This document shows, one piece after another, positions 12,101 to 16,915 of a stretch of DNA of 64,000 bases. The translations under genes were made by a program, and so were the position numbers. The DNA is from Hyalangium minutum (GTDB taxonomy: Bacteria; Myxococcota; Myxococcia; Myxococcales; Myxococcaceae): contig NZ_JMCB01000003.1 in NCBI RefSeq assembly GCF_000737315.1, positions 248,001-312,000 on the forward strand. The letters run 5' to 3'. Below the pieces are notes generated by a model. That model did not search any database. It had not been told where the DNA came from and saw nothing but the letters and a program-made list of their open reading frames with translations. Position 1 is the stretch's first letter. Every line of letters begins with the position of its first letter.

Positions 12101-14161
12101 TATGGCTGGGACGCAGGAGGGCGGCTCGCTTCGACCAAGCGGATCACCGCGCAGGAGACGGTCGAAGCCTCATATGCGTATGGCTTTGACGGACTGCGGC
12201 GGACTCGGACCGTGAACGGAGTGAGCACCCGGTATGTGTGGGGTGCGAACGAAGAGCTGCTCGAAGAAGGGCCGGCTGTGGGAAGTCGGCTGTTGTATGC
12301 CCAGGCAGGCTTCGGAGCGGTGGCGGCGGGAGGAGAGCGGCTGCTGCGGGATGCGCTGGGCAGTGTCGTGGGGCGCGTGGGTCCGTCCACGGAGCTGTCT
12401 CGCTATGGCGCGTGGGGCGCACTCCGGCAGGGAGCGCCGCCCCAGGGCATGGAACCGTCCCTGGCCTACGCGGGGCAATCTCTCGACAGCGAAACAGGGC
12501 TGAGCTACGCGCAGCAGCGTTGGTACAGCTCGGAGACCGGGCGTTTCCTCTCGGAGGATCCCCTGGGAGCGGCGGCGTACCTCTCGACCCCGACCGAGCT
12601 GAACCCCTGGCTCTATGCGAGGTCCAATCCCCTGACGTACCTGGATCCCTCGGGTTTGTGGTCCTGGTCTCAGGCTGGAGTGGGGCTGGCCAGAGCTGGC
12701 AGGAAAGCCTGGCATGAAACGGCCAATGCTTTCTCGTGGGCCGCTCGTCCTCTGAACGGCGCGTTCGGAGTGTCCTCGGGACACTACGACAAGAAGGGAC
12801 GATGGAGGCTTCGGGATACAGGCACCTTCAAAGAGGAGGCGAAGAAGCAGCTCAAGCAGATCAAGGAGGTCGCGGAGTACGTGAAGGACCACCCGGTGGA
12901 GACGGTGACTGGGCTGGTGGTGGAGCCGGCGAAGGCGATCGGTACCGGGATTGCGGCCTGTGTCGTCGGCGCGACGACGCAGGGCGTGGTGGGCGACGAG
13001 GCGAGCCGTGACTGTGGCGAGATGCTCCCGAAGGCGATCGGATCGGTAGCGGGCACTTTCTCCGGGGCAGGCGCGGCGATCCGGACCGCAGGACGCGTCC
13101 GGCGTGCCGCGGCAGATATGCGTACGGCCATGAGGAGGAGCGTCTCGGCCGCTGATGACATGGCCAGGACGAGGCTGGGCCCGCAGCGCGGATGGCCTGA
13201 CGAGGCCCCGAAGCCCGCGAGGGCCGGCGCCAATGACTGCGCGGGTGGGGTCTGCCAACGCCCAGGACAATGCTTCGTGGCGGGCACTCCCGTCCTGACC
13301 CAGGAAGGTCTCAAGCCCATTGAGCAGATTGTCGAAGGGGAACTGGTCTGGTCACGTAACGAGGAGACGGGCCAATCGGATTGGCGGCCCGTGGTGCGGA
13401 CGTTCGTGACGCCGGACCAGCCAGTGCTGAGACTGGAGCTGACGGACGAGGCCGGTCAGCGCACCGTGCTGGGAGTGACTGGGGAGCACCCGTTCTGGGT
13501 GAAAGACCTGGGATGGGTGGGAGCGTCGTCGCTGCTCCCCGGTCAGCAGGTGGCCAGCGCGCACGGAGGATGGCTCAAGGTGGGGGCCGCGACGTGGGAG
13601 CAGGCGCGCGCCACCGTCTTCAACTTCGAAGTGGAGGAATTCCACACCTACTTCGTGGGCGACGTCGGCGCGTGGGTCCACAACAGCTGTCAGCAGCCAT
13701 GGTTGTTCGCGGCGGGACAGGGGGATGTGTACACGCTCCTGGAGAAATTCAGGAAGACTCACACGTTAGGGAAAGCGGAGACCTTTGCGCTGGCAATGCT
13801 GGAGAGTGGTGAGCGTGCATTTGGAATCAACTCGGGTTTGTTCAAGGGCAGGGATTCCCGGATTCATGGCTTTGAAATGTTGAGGGAGCACGGGTTGCTG
13901 AAGAAAGCCACCATATACAGTCAGGAGCCCTTCCTGCTGCACGCAGAGGCTCTGGCGGTCATTCGTCTGTGGGAGCGGCTGCAGGGCAAAGACCTTTCAC
14001 TGATTCGGCTGTACGTCGACAACCCAACCTGCAAGCTGTGTCTGAGCGGCCTTCCCAGACTGCAAGTGGCGCTTGGGATCAAACGCTTGGAGATTTATGG
14101 CCCGGGAACCATTCACATCAGCAAGCCGTCTCTCCACCCCATTGACCTTCTCAAGAATTGA
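113..14161 (+). CDS. Giant lipoprotein Rhs/YD-repeat polymorphic toxin (Ig-like repeats, Rhs core, HINT, deaminase-like C-terminus), 4682 aa
   Basis: Lipobox LATA-C22 (TGC 176-178). About nine Ig-like repeats ending in D(A/L)xG(N), a Big_5-like and a carboxypeptidase-regulatory-like domain, a DUF6531-like segment (SFSRTYANQ...MGVGWRH), and many YD repeats. Rhs core end GRFLSEDPLG...NPLTYLDPSG (D at 12644). HINT CFVAGT...VHN 13271-13684. HAE (13940) and PTCKLC (Cys at 14030, 14039). Confidence 0.93.
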   Translation: MIRRAPRWLWLVLGLVTLATACDRRSSEEPASAAPPAQAAQQAQALSGSTCDSVAPTGMAPGWKVAPIQAAGQNVASTIFPASVGERAILILQESAEALNQEFKTEASLNGVDWVAISRQRPLAARVVQLSASNRLELETNGGVARTSVAALSPLPCAAVEARVTHAGGSAATVETRTFTWPMGAGPALLVVESGSASQVTGRVVLGSLTVQVPAAGQLPVVEVVSPQASNTLRVEVGGSAGAWVRAVVVEPDMLPPIVSMGQPAEGAQLNASPVEVQGTAGAGAVAVKVGAVDAVLSQGQYTAQVPLVEGPNALVAEVRDQCGNVARVCRPVVLTTAPPTVVIEGVTDGQVSREPLHPTWTVTSSGPVTVEATLDGAPFVGGTAVTAEGSHELRVMVRDAAGREAQAQVGFAIDTTPPRLTLTGVEEGERRNTPAVLGFTVEEEHPGSVEATLDGAPMASGDTVSAEGAHVWTVAATDAAGNRSEVQRHFVVDVTAPTLEVLSPAPGSFTQAGSVEVVVAAADDGPVAGVWLGNAELTLGTDGKYRSLVVLEEGSNLLVLVARDAAGNSAQSSLAVTRDSTPPQLTLTTPAEGAKVAGDSVQVEGQAQDTTPLTVRVAGMTAAVAADGHFQLSVAVAQGPVSLEVVATDAAGNTARLVRGIRVNTTPPRLDLTAPASGTVTEESSIEVSGFARAADRTDTVRVEVAGTEHGVRADGSFSVQVPLEVGLNTVSVTAVDGYGLRTPRTVRVERQGPQGPGPGDGGSGDGSGGGTDGGSGEDTPDAGSGAPDAGSPGPVPDGGIPSEPPVLVLASPQENSLWGVERVSVLGRVEGGDLPLQVTVDGLPAAVTGRQFSASVALPEGSSMLHVRAVDALGRIAEVRRQVRVDQTPPFLEVTRPEQPSTTVSESPYLVEGLAGDAYLAGVTVNGAPVMVLAGHFSSSVALVAGDNTVEVEAVDLAGNRSRAVRTLRVEALPPQLTVLEPVDGSEATEPVVRVTVKVESSAPLDEVRIGTGIAANLGSGQYTAQVPLALGENVIPVSARDTLGMTGSATVRVRYRDPSTEPLTVTGVDPSDQATELEPDTLVNVAFNKAVKPASVRAGFTVSVEGQPLAGGWSVAHGAQIVSFIARDPLPEGATLQVRVAGVEPVQGPGMQGEFRSMFTVRRPLTRLRGQVVDARREPVSGVRVEVEGQGLFTRTGADGNWALFGVQPGQVVLRYEGGASSEGQVFPTVRRRFAVEAERDNEESTVVLTPVDAESAEPVDTSLPLHLTFGGRHGALEVDIPAGGLILEGGSTRGLVTLTQLPLHSLPVPTEGALRPVVVWQLQPAGTRLVRPVVLRLPNRLSAPPGSRAALFTYDPEAHRLHIAGLATLSADGTQLVSDGVLEAGSLEYFGYLPLPEESSVARAGAVSPRVANLGPLPRPPSDGLIRPLTQGFGLDPGSALAIWDSYQPFIAPAAVMGTVRGPREQAVALDLSSPSLGESRRVALDSQLRYRMPLSVQARSLYPLSSSGRDSLVLALEGVGPEGQRLGPPSGGSWRQESPQGQRAELSTQVELSLGTSSLWATGTTARGRNVLRLNAELSLADGGVPDGGATSGLLRVQRGDGGSAGGEDSEGLVRFAGMPVRVTDGWHEGGSISGPAGRYAASIIMLQSSWIPPASVLACVRLPIGWNVQSWVAWDGRVRTRKAPSTAEECSGPWEVLAWPSPIIPDIDVLVDVRWLHGNITFVDRQGEPLPPPCSDLVVRQGTEVTGLSQDAVRSTEVHFFREDNLSTPIVSYAVADPEQCDSYPGAPHGRYAKVRYGPSTLSRVASRRDSQRLLPGDRLVVFAVNHATGYSGMEVVTVPSVNQSSRAEDGSCPADDAAGGPMAVQDGSRTVSVSRCTLQDLGIEADLKLYPPEIDVRVERQSRAEGSSQEALEPSLVRHKGAATTRDNFVSVATHWRVRRQPARSWDPGVLPPVNSSCEGGSQAAGSTCAPQILLDEGPRGTWAEHYCGELPEPRTPEQQALCLKDDRELAEVPVGVPPLAGRVVRITGSAVEEPAVASFHVAPGRSTTTVQTALRRVERDGREVVLNNLTRAYYYVQVVGHPVLPRDRNSDGTLDPSEENAPPPDFEDDEDAPGIPEGVVTLKSVYRSVEPEGRIERYDRALEHEFRVMEVGSSRVTARTERGEERPLPQPGQPPSSAAASPEDVAYQFLLNLLEPEDPGRTGPPSSQYVLRLGTDSFGIECPIELNASAGTLRGTCEGEYLPEVLSAGDVLYLEVYLRGNAENVLYRFNFDGLSMREDYLGASSRFTAHRAVEQQNGKPVEDRPISRLNEAHFFLSPHELSSGRIRLCTNAECSGDGAVIKDATVLWTAAGSYAVSEQATGSAPGRLVQEVTSGAGNARHLRLGLPASVTAMPGIAAAGAGIFLVKDSESPPRARQVERLGTPKGRFQGLNAQAPGQEAVAGINVADLHLALTHTDFAVPQLAGEVSFSRTYANQNDLPSPMGVGWRHELDGFVLEESLGRYVVNLGGQAWGFIRCTTVDEEAQTASGCMTDKTHGMSLKVDSEGVQLTTEQGSVYRFNRPAVKRDQEGRRKWLLTKFHDGHGRGEQDGWTHLTYAEGTNRLTQAKRTPGELSLELKYCEDFSREDCDGVAPDAPGNLKFLARSEGFKLLKGVVLKNSQGQELHIVRFKHDRWGNLLEAERTTDPPTQKWKYTYAPIADDVPSMMAWRAINELSEARLEVAGHPQWVATYGRGGAECYAHLEAFECVSSVTQTGFMGNVLQVQGEAGHRQLKLPTGNSAEVSLNEYGNVTSSASEGQAARRLTWPSSQRGGEVRLEKSVSPSGRTLRYGTDHQLRLDEVKLEGSSDVVGLEAGALVSVLARDARGLPTSGKLSTANGPAEWSMPRSQSGDVLGLSLGGTQLFSRVTDEEGRITSERDALGNTTTFTFGALGLPVRIQVSSDSATSGLVRYTLVLEYDAYGRLIRRFNETTGEAESWRYDGQGNMLEHTLTGEPSERWTYTYTYGDQRLTVVERLEGTAYTRTALFEQGLLKSEQLSYGTGNASRAYEYEGGRLKKKTDELSVTWEYTYDSAGRLKVVKANGRTVESYGLDEDGILISTTDREGHTTQIGNDSLGRPVSWTYEDGYKEEVRRDAQGAIVWEKKMSPGADRAHVFAQEVDALGQVLSRRSAENGSGVEIVSTYDAAGRVRTREDRGRGLNESFEYGDVLGRLTRYQRTVASAAGSQNWIETRQYVDEGGRTELRILRQIDTGLGPRQENQVLVLDALGRVLKDQRLGAGVFEYTYDARGNVLERRHSVLGTTSYTYDGLGNLLSMTEPGGVTTTYTVDAAGRVLTQEGPHDQERWTFTYDLFDRPLTQVLAQAGSSPQAAWSFEYPGNGIVIETDPLSIATTRRFNSRELLLSEERGSQTAEYAYDGTWPRLHLISHEGSERKLTRSFDDLGRPLQQVEFWKQGDHSYTYSTTTAWTGRRGTRQERWEATDASVRTLTATIRVDGLGNLIEQEQGGLTDAWAYDAAGLLAREALAGRPEKRFFYEQDRLVRMENGSETTLYEYDAAGRQWKETDPSGRERTRVYNAQGLVASERFGAGETLESAYTYDRGGGLRTLTRGGAQWNFTHGPRGELQAVELPGGLGTFTYQYDALLQLKGVTPPEGGGAAAQTFAYDNWGRQLRRTRGSSVWSTAWQGGLSTTSDPNGDVVEQLYDGRGRVVRERFAPGNSSRPFHDLTAVTYAYDGLDQLLLAQESRISGAVSNVYDYDGRSRLISMRRGSEEISYTYTESGQKRTVTSPSGTLRYEYDAQDRVRRIESSQGPVVAVGWEPGGLLSEVSGNGVVERYAYWGHGLIRSIASQWDGPSAGTLRYEYGYDVRGNRLEERYTAPGATAFEVTQFGYDAADRLTGVRYPTGEAELYLLAADGSRLEEKHLQGYSGGLTPQALANATNATQHWRYAYDTAGGLQRIDDVLTGGVEAQVTTDAGGRVVAEMRGGTTRQYGWDAGGRLASTKRITAQETVEASYAYGFDGLRRTRTVNGVSTRYVWGANEELLEEGPAVGSRLLYAQAGFGAVAAGGERLLRDALGSVVGRVGPSTELSRYGAWGALRQGAPPQGMEPSLAYAGQSLDSETGLSYAQQRWYSSETGRFLSEDPLGAAAYLSTPTELNPWLYARSNPLTYLDPSGLWSWSQAGVGLARAGRKAWHETANAFSWAARPLNGAFGVSSGHYDKKGRWRLRDTGTFKEEAKKQLKQIKEVAEYVKDHPVETVTGLVVEPAKAIGTGIAACVVGATTQGVVGDEASRDCGEMLPKAIGSVAGTFSGAGAAIRTAGRVRRAAADMRTAMRRSVSAADDMARTRLGPQRGWPDEAPKPARAGANDCAGGVCQRPGQCFVAGTPVLTQEGLKPIEQIVEGELVWSRNEETGQSDWRPVVRTFVTPDQPVLRLELTDEAGQRTVLGVTGEHPFWVKDLGWVGASSLLPGQQVASAHGGWLKVGAATWEQARATVFNFEVEEFHTYFVGDVGAWVHNSCQQPWLFAAGQGDVYTLLEKFRKTHTLGKAETFALAMLESGERAFGINSGLFKGRDSRIHGFEMLREHGLLKKATIYSQEPFLLHAEALAVIRLWERLQGKDLSLIRLYVDNPTCKLCLSGLPRLQVALGIKRLEIYGPGTIHISKPSLHPIDLLKN
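881..3290 (+). repeat. Tandem bacterial Ig-like domain repeats (about 9) with a central Gly/Asp-rich linker
   Basis: Recurrent units of about 80-90 aa start PP(x)L(x)(L/V)xxP and end (V/A)xAxD(A/L)xGN. Linker GPGPGDGGSGDGSGGGTDGG...PDAG at about 2370-2520. Boundaries are approximate. Confidence 0.75.
13271..13684 (+). other. Pre-toxin HINT / bacterial intein-like domain within the Rhs protein (138 aa)
   Basis: Block A C1FVAGTPV, block B TGEHPFW (TxxH), block F VFNFEVEEFHTYFV, block G WVHN followed by Ser(+1). Confidence 0.92.
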
Positions 14162-14173
14162 CCCGGCATATAG

Positions 14174-15640
14174 CTATTGCGCCTGCGGATTCTGAGTCGT
14201 GGGCGGGCGCGCTCGTTCCCAAGCAGGGTCGTAGCACTCCTCCTGCCACTGGTAGGTATCGTCGCTGCATGGCGGTCTCTTGTCGGCCACGCGCACCCAG
14301 CAGCCGCCATGAATGATTTTCTCCCAGTCTCGCTTGCACGGGGGGCGGCGCTGGCCCGGGAGCGGTTGCTTGGGCATGTCCAGGGAGATGGATCTGGCCT
14401 CAGAGGGAATCGATTGAACTTCCATCCGAGTGGTGAGCGCATCGTCTCCCAATCCGCGGGTACCGGCATCTGGCTCCATGCCCGCATCCAGCGCTTCAGC
14501 ACGCGCCGTCTCAGACGGCTTTGCGCTCCACTCGGGAGCCATCCAGCAGGGCCCCACCACCGCCAGAGACATCGTGAGCAGCGCGAGGAGATTCCTCCAA
14601 GGGACGGGCCGAACTTGCTGCCTCGCCTGGAGAGTTCCTGCTTTGTGCTCAGTAGCTTTGGCTGGGGCCGTCTTCGCATCGACGGGCCTCGCGGGCCCGG
14701 CTTGAGTCTGTACCGCAGGCTTCACTGAAGCCCAGAGAGGAACATCCGCTGCGGAACCTAGATGCTCCGCCGAGGTTTCCGCTGCTTGTGCCAACTCACT
14801 TGCCGTCCCGCGAGCCTCAGGCTCCGCCGCGAGCAGCCGCTCCACCAGCGCCGAGAGCTCAGGCACCACTCGGGGGTTGAGTTCATGCGTGCATTGGCGT
14901 CGCGCAACTCCACCCTGGATTTGTTTCTTGAGGTCTTCAGGCTCCGTGCCAGGAGGGGGATAGATCCGAGTCAATAACCGGTACAGCGTCACGCCCAGCG
15001 CATAGAGATCGTCCGCCGGGGTGGCGTGGTAGCGCGCTCCCGGCGTGCTCCAGTGTTGCCACTCGAAGCGTAGCGCCTCGGGGCTGCGGTACTCAGGCGT
15101 GTTGGGAGGCAGCACCCGATGGGTGAGTGGGGGAGCGCCCTTCCACGTGCCCGAACCAAAATCCGTGAGCACCGCCCGGCCCTCGGGCTCCACAAGAATG
15201 TTGTCGCCCTTCAGGTCGCGGTGCAGGCATTCCCCGCGGTGCAACACCTCCAACCCCCATGCCAGCTGGGCCACCACCCGGAGCACTTCGCGGCTGGTGG
15301 GAGTGTGCATCCGCGCCCACTCGTACAGCCGCTGGCCCCGGATCCACTCCATCACCACATAGGGATGCCGGACTCCAGGCTCGGCCTCCCACCAACCTTG
15401 GTCGATGAGTCGAGGCACGGCCGGGTGGCGGGTGCGTCTGAGCAACTCCACCTCCCGTTCGAAGCGCGGGTCATGAGGGAACACCGCCATCTTCAGTGCC
15501 ACGGGCGGGGAGCCCGGGTCGTCGGCGCGCCGGGCGCGGAACACGGCGCCGTAGCTGCCCCGGCCGGCATAGCCCTCGATGCGCCAGGGGCCGACCAGAT
15601 CTCCGATGTTCAGCGAGTCAGGTGTCCTCGTGCCCGTCAT
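14174..15640 (-). CDS. Hanks-type Ser/Thr protein kinase with a TM helix and a Cys-rich C-terminal domain
   Basis: GRGSYG, VALK, HRDLKGDN, DFG and TPEYRSPE motifs; hydrophobic LLALLTMSLAVVG; C-terminal PGQRRPPC...GGCW...RPPC...CY. Confidence 0.92.
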   Translation of the reverse strand: MTGTRTPDSLNIGDLVGPWRIEGYAGRGSYGAVFRARRADDPGSPPVALKMAVFPHDPRFEREVELLRRTRHPAVPRLIDQGWWEAEPGVRHPYVVMEWIRGQRLYEWARMHTPTSREVLRVVAQLAWGLEVLHRGECLHRDLKGDNILVEPEGRAVLTDFGSGTWKGAPPLTHRVLPPNTPEYRSPEALRFEWQHWSTPGARYHATPADDLYALGVTLYRLLTRIYPPPGTEPEDLKKQIQGGVARRQCTHELNPRVVPELSALVERLLAAEPEARGTASELAQAAETSAEHLGSAADVPLWASVKPAVQTQAGPARPVDAKTAPAKATEHKAGTLQARQQVRPVPWRNLLALLTMSLAVVGPCWMAPEWSAKPSETARAEALDAGMEPDAGTRGLGDDALTTRMEVQSIPSEARSISLDMPKQPLPGQRRPPCKRDWEKIIHGGCWVRVADKRPPCSDDTYQWQEECYDPAWERARPPTTQNPQAQ

Positions 15641-15809
15641 GGCACCGGAGACTACCCAAGGGGTCGCTCGCCGTCATGCCGCTCTTTCAGGTAGGATGGC
15701 GGCGATGGAGAATCTCCCGAGAGAGACGGAGCGTCTCCGGCCGTGGACGGTTCACAGGCGTCTCGCTCTGGCAACCGCTTGGCTCGGGAGTTGCTTGAGG
15801 CCGGGCGGT

Positions 15810-16910
15810 ATGACGGGACTGCACGACCGATTCTTCCGCTACCTCTTCAACCACACCGCGCGCACCGAGGCTTTGCTGCGGCACAACCTGCCCGCGTTCC
15901 TCATGGCCGAGGTGGATTGGCCGTCGCTGCGGCGAGAGTCCGGCACGCTGGTCGACGGCGAGCGCGAGACTCGCAAGGACCTGCTCTTCTCCGCCCGCTG
16001 TCTCCAGTCCGCACCGGAGGAGCCTCCGCACTTCTTTCTCATCGAGCATCAATCCTCGGTGGACCCGTGGATGGCACTGCGGATGCACGACTACGCTTGG
16101 CGTCTCATCCAGCACTGGCGAGAGCAGCACCCCCAGAGCCGATGGATTCCCGAGGTGACGCCCCTGGTGGTGTACCCCCGGCAAGGTCGGACGTGGTCAG
16201 CGCCCCTGCGGCTGGGTGACCACTATCTGGTGCGAGCGCGCGCGGACAAAGAGGGGCTGCCTTGGATTTTGCGTTCTGGGTACTGGATGGACGCCGTCTC
16301 GAACGAGCAGGAGGCACGGGCTCACGGGGGACCACCGCTGGTTTCTCTGGGATTGCTGGTGCTCAGCTTCGCGGGTACGCGGCAATTGGCGAGGAGGTTG
16401 CCGCACTGGTGCGATCTGTTTGCCCAGGTGTACGCGACAGATGGTCCCCAAACGCTCTATCGCATGGTGCGCTATGTGCACCATCTGGGGGACGAGGAGG
16501 CCGTTGCGGCAATTCGGCGCGTGCTACATTCCATTATGGAGTCCACAAGGGCGGAGGCGTTCATGCGAACCATGGCAGAGGTGCTCAAAGAGCGGGGACG
16601 CCGCGAGGGGTGGATCGAGGGGAAGGCAGAAGGGAAGGCCGAGGGGAAGGCCGAGGGGAAGGCCGAGGGGAAGGCCGAGGGGAAGGCCGAGGGGAAGGCC
16701 GAGGGGAAGGCCGAGGGGCTCGCCGAGGGAGAGGCCAAGGGCTTGGTCAAGGCTCTCCTCCGCTTGTTAGCGGCACGAGGCCTACGTGTCGATGAGGCCT
16801 CCCAGGAGCGCATCCAGAATTGCGGCGATGTCGCCACACTGGAGCGCTGGCTCGACCGGGCTCTGAACGCTACGCGGCTCACCGACGTCCTGGACGGCCC
16901 CGCGCAGTAA
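15810..16910 (+). CDS. Rpn/YhgA-like (Transposase_31) PD-(D/E)XK-type nuclease, 366 aa
   Basis: Family N-terminus MTGLHDRFFRYLF with GAGG at 15797-15800 before ATG 15810 (the track start at 15579 is too long). KDLLF...LIEHQS core; (GKAE)n repeats; DUF4351-like tail LERWLDRALNATRLTDVL. Confidence 0.88.
   Translation: MTGLHDRFFRYLFNHTARTEALLRHNLPAFLMAEVDWPSLRRESGTLVDGERETRKDLLFSARCLQSAPEEPPHFFLIEHQSSVDPWMALRMHDYAWRLIQHWREQHPQSRWIPEVTPLVVYPRQGRTWSAPLRLGDHYLVRARADKEGLPWILRSGYWMDAVSNEQEARAHGGPPLVSLGLLVLSFAGTRQLARRLPHWCDLFAQVYATDGPQTLYRMVRYVHHLGDEEAVAAIRRVLHSIMESTRAEAFMRTMAEVLKERGRREGWIEGKAEGKAEGKAEGKAEGKAEGKAEGKAEGKAEGLAEGEAKGLVKALLRLLAARGLRVDEASQERIQNCGDVATLERWLDRALNATRLTDVLDGPAQ
16620..16739 (+). 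repeat. In-frame 12-bp tandem repeat GGGAAGGCCGAG encoding (GKAE)n
   Basis: Seven perfect copies at 16632-16715, one variant at 16620-16631 and two degenerate copies at 16716-16739. Confidence 0.97.
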
Positions 16911-16915
16911 TCGCG

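Noticed and set aside
14177-14728. 183-aa plus-strand ORF directly after the Rhs stop, as a possible immunity gene
   Set aside because: It lies entirely antisense to the 3' part of the kinase gene, has no evident RBS, and its composition is Arg/Ser/Gly-rich, shadow-like. Not excluded without expression data.
15769-15784. Possible sigma54 -24/-12 site TGGCAACCGCTTGGCT before rpn
   Set aside because: GG-N10-GC spacing holds, but the TTGC element is imperfect; such matches are common in high-GC DNA.
16620-16739. Tandem repeats as a CRISPR array
   Set aside because: Contiguous 12-bp units without spacers, in frame within a CDS; no cas genes.
15579-16910. Rpn gene as an active IS transposase
   Set aside because: No DDE motif, terminal inverted repeats or target duplication seen. 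The family is a PD-(D/E)XK-type nuclease; the track start at 15579 overlaps the kinase gene and was moved to 15810.
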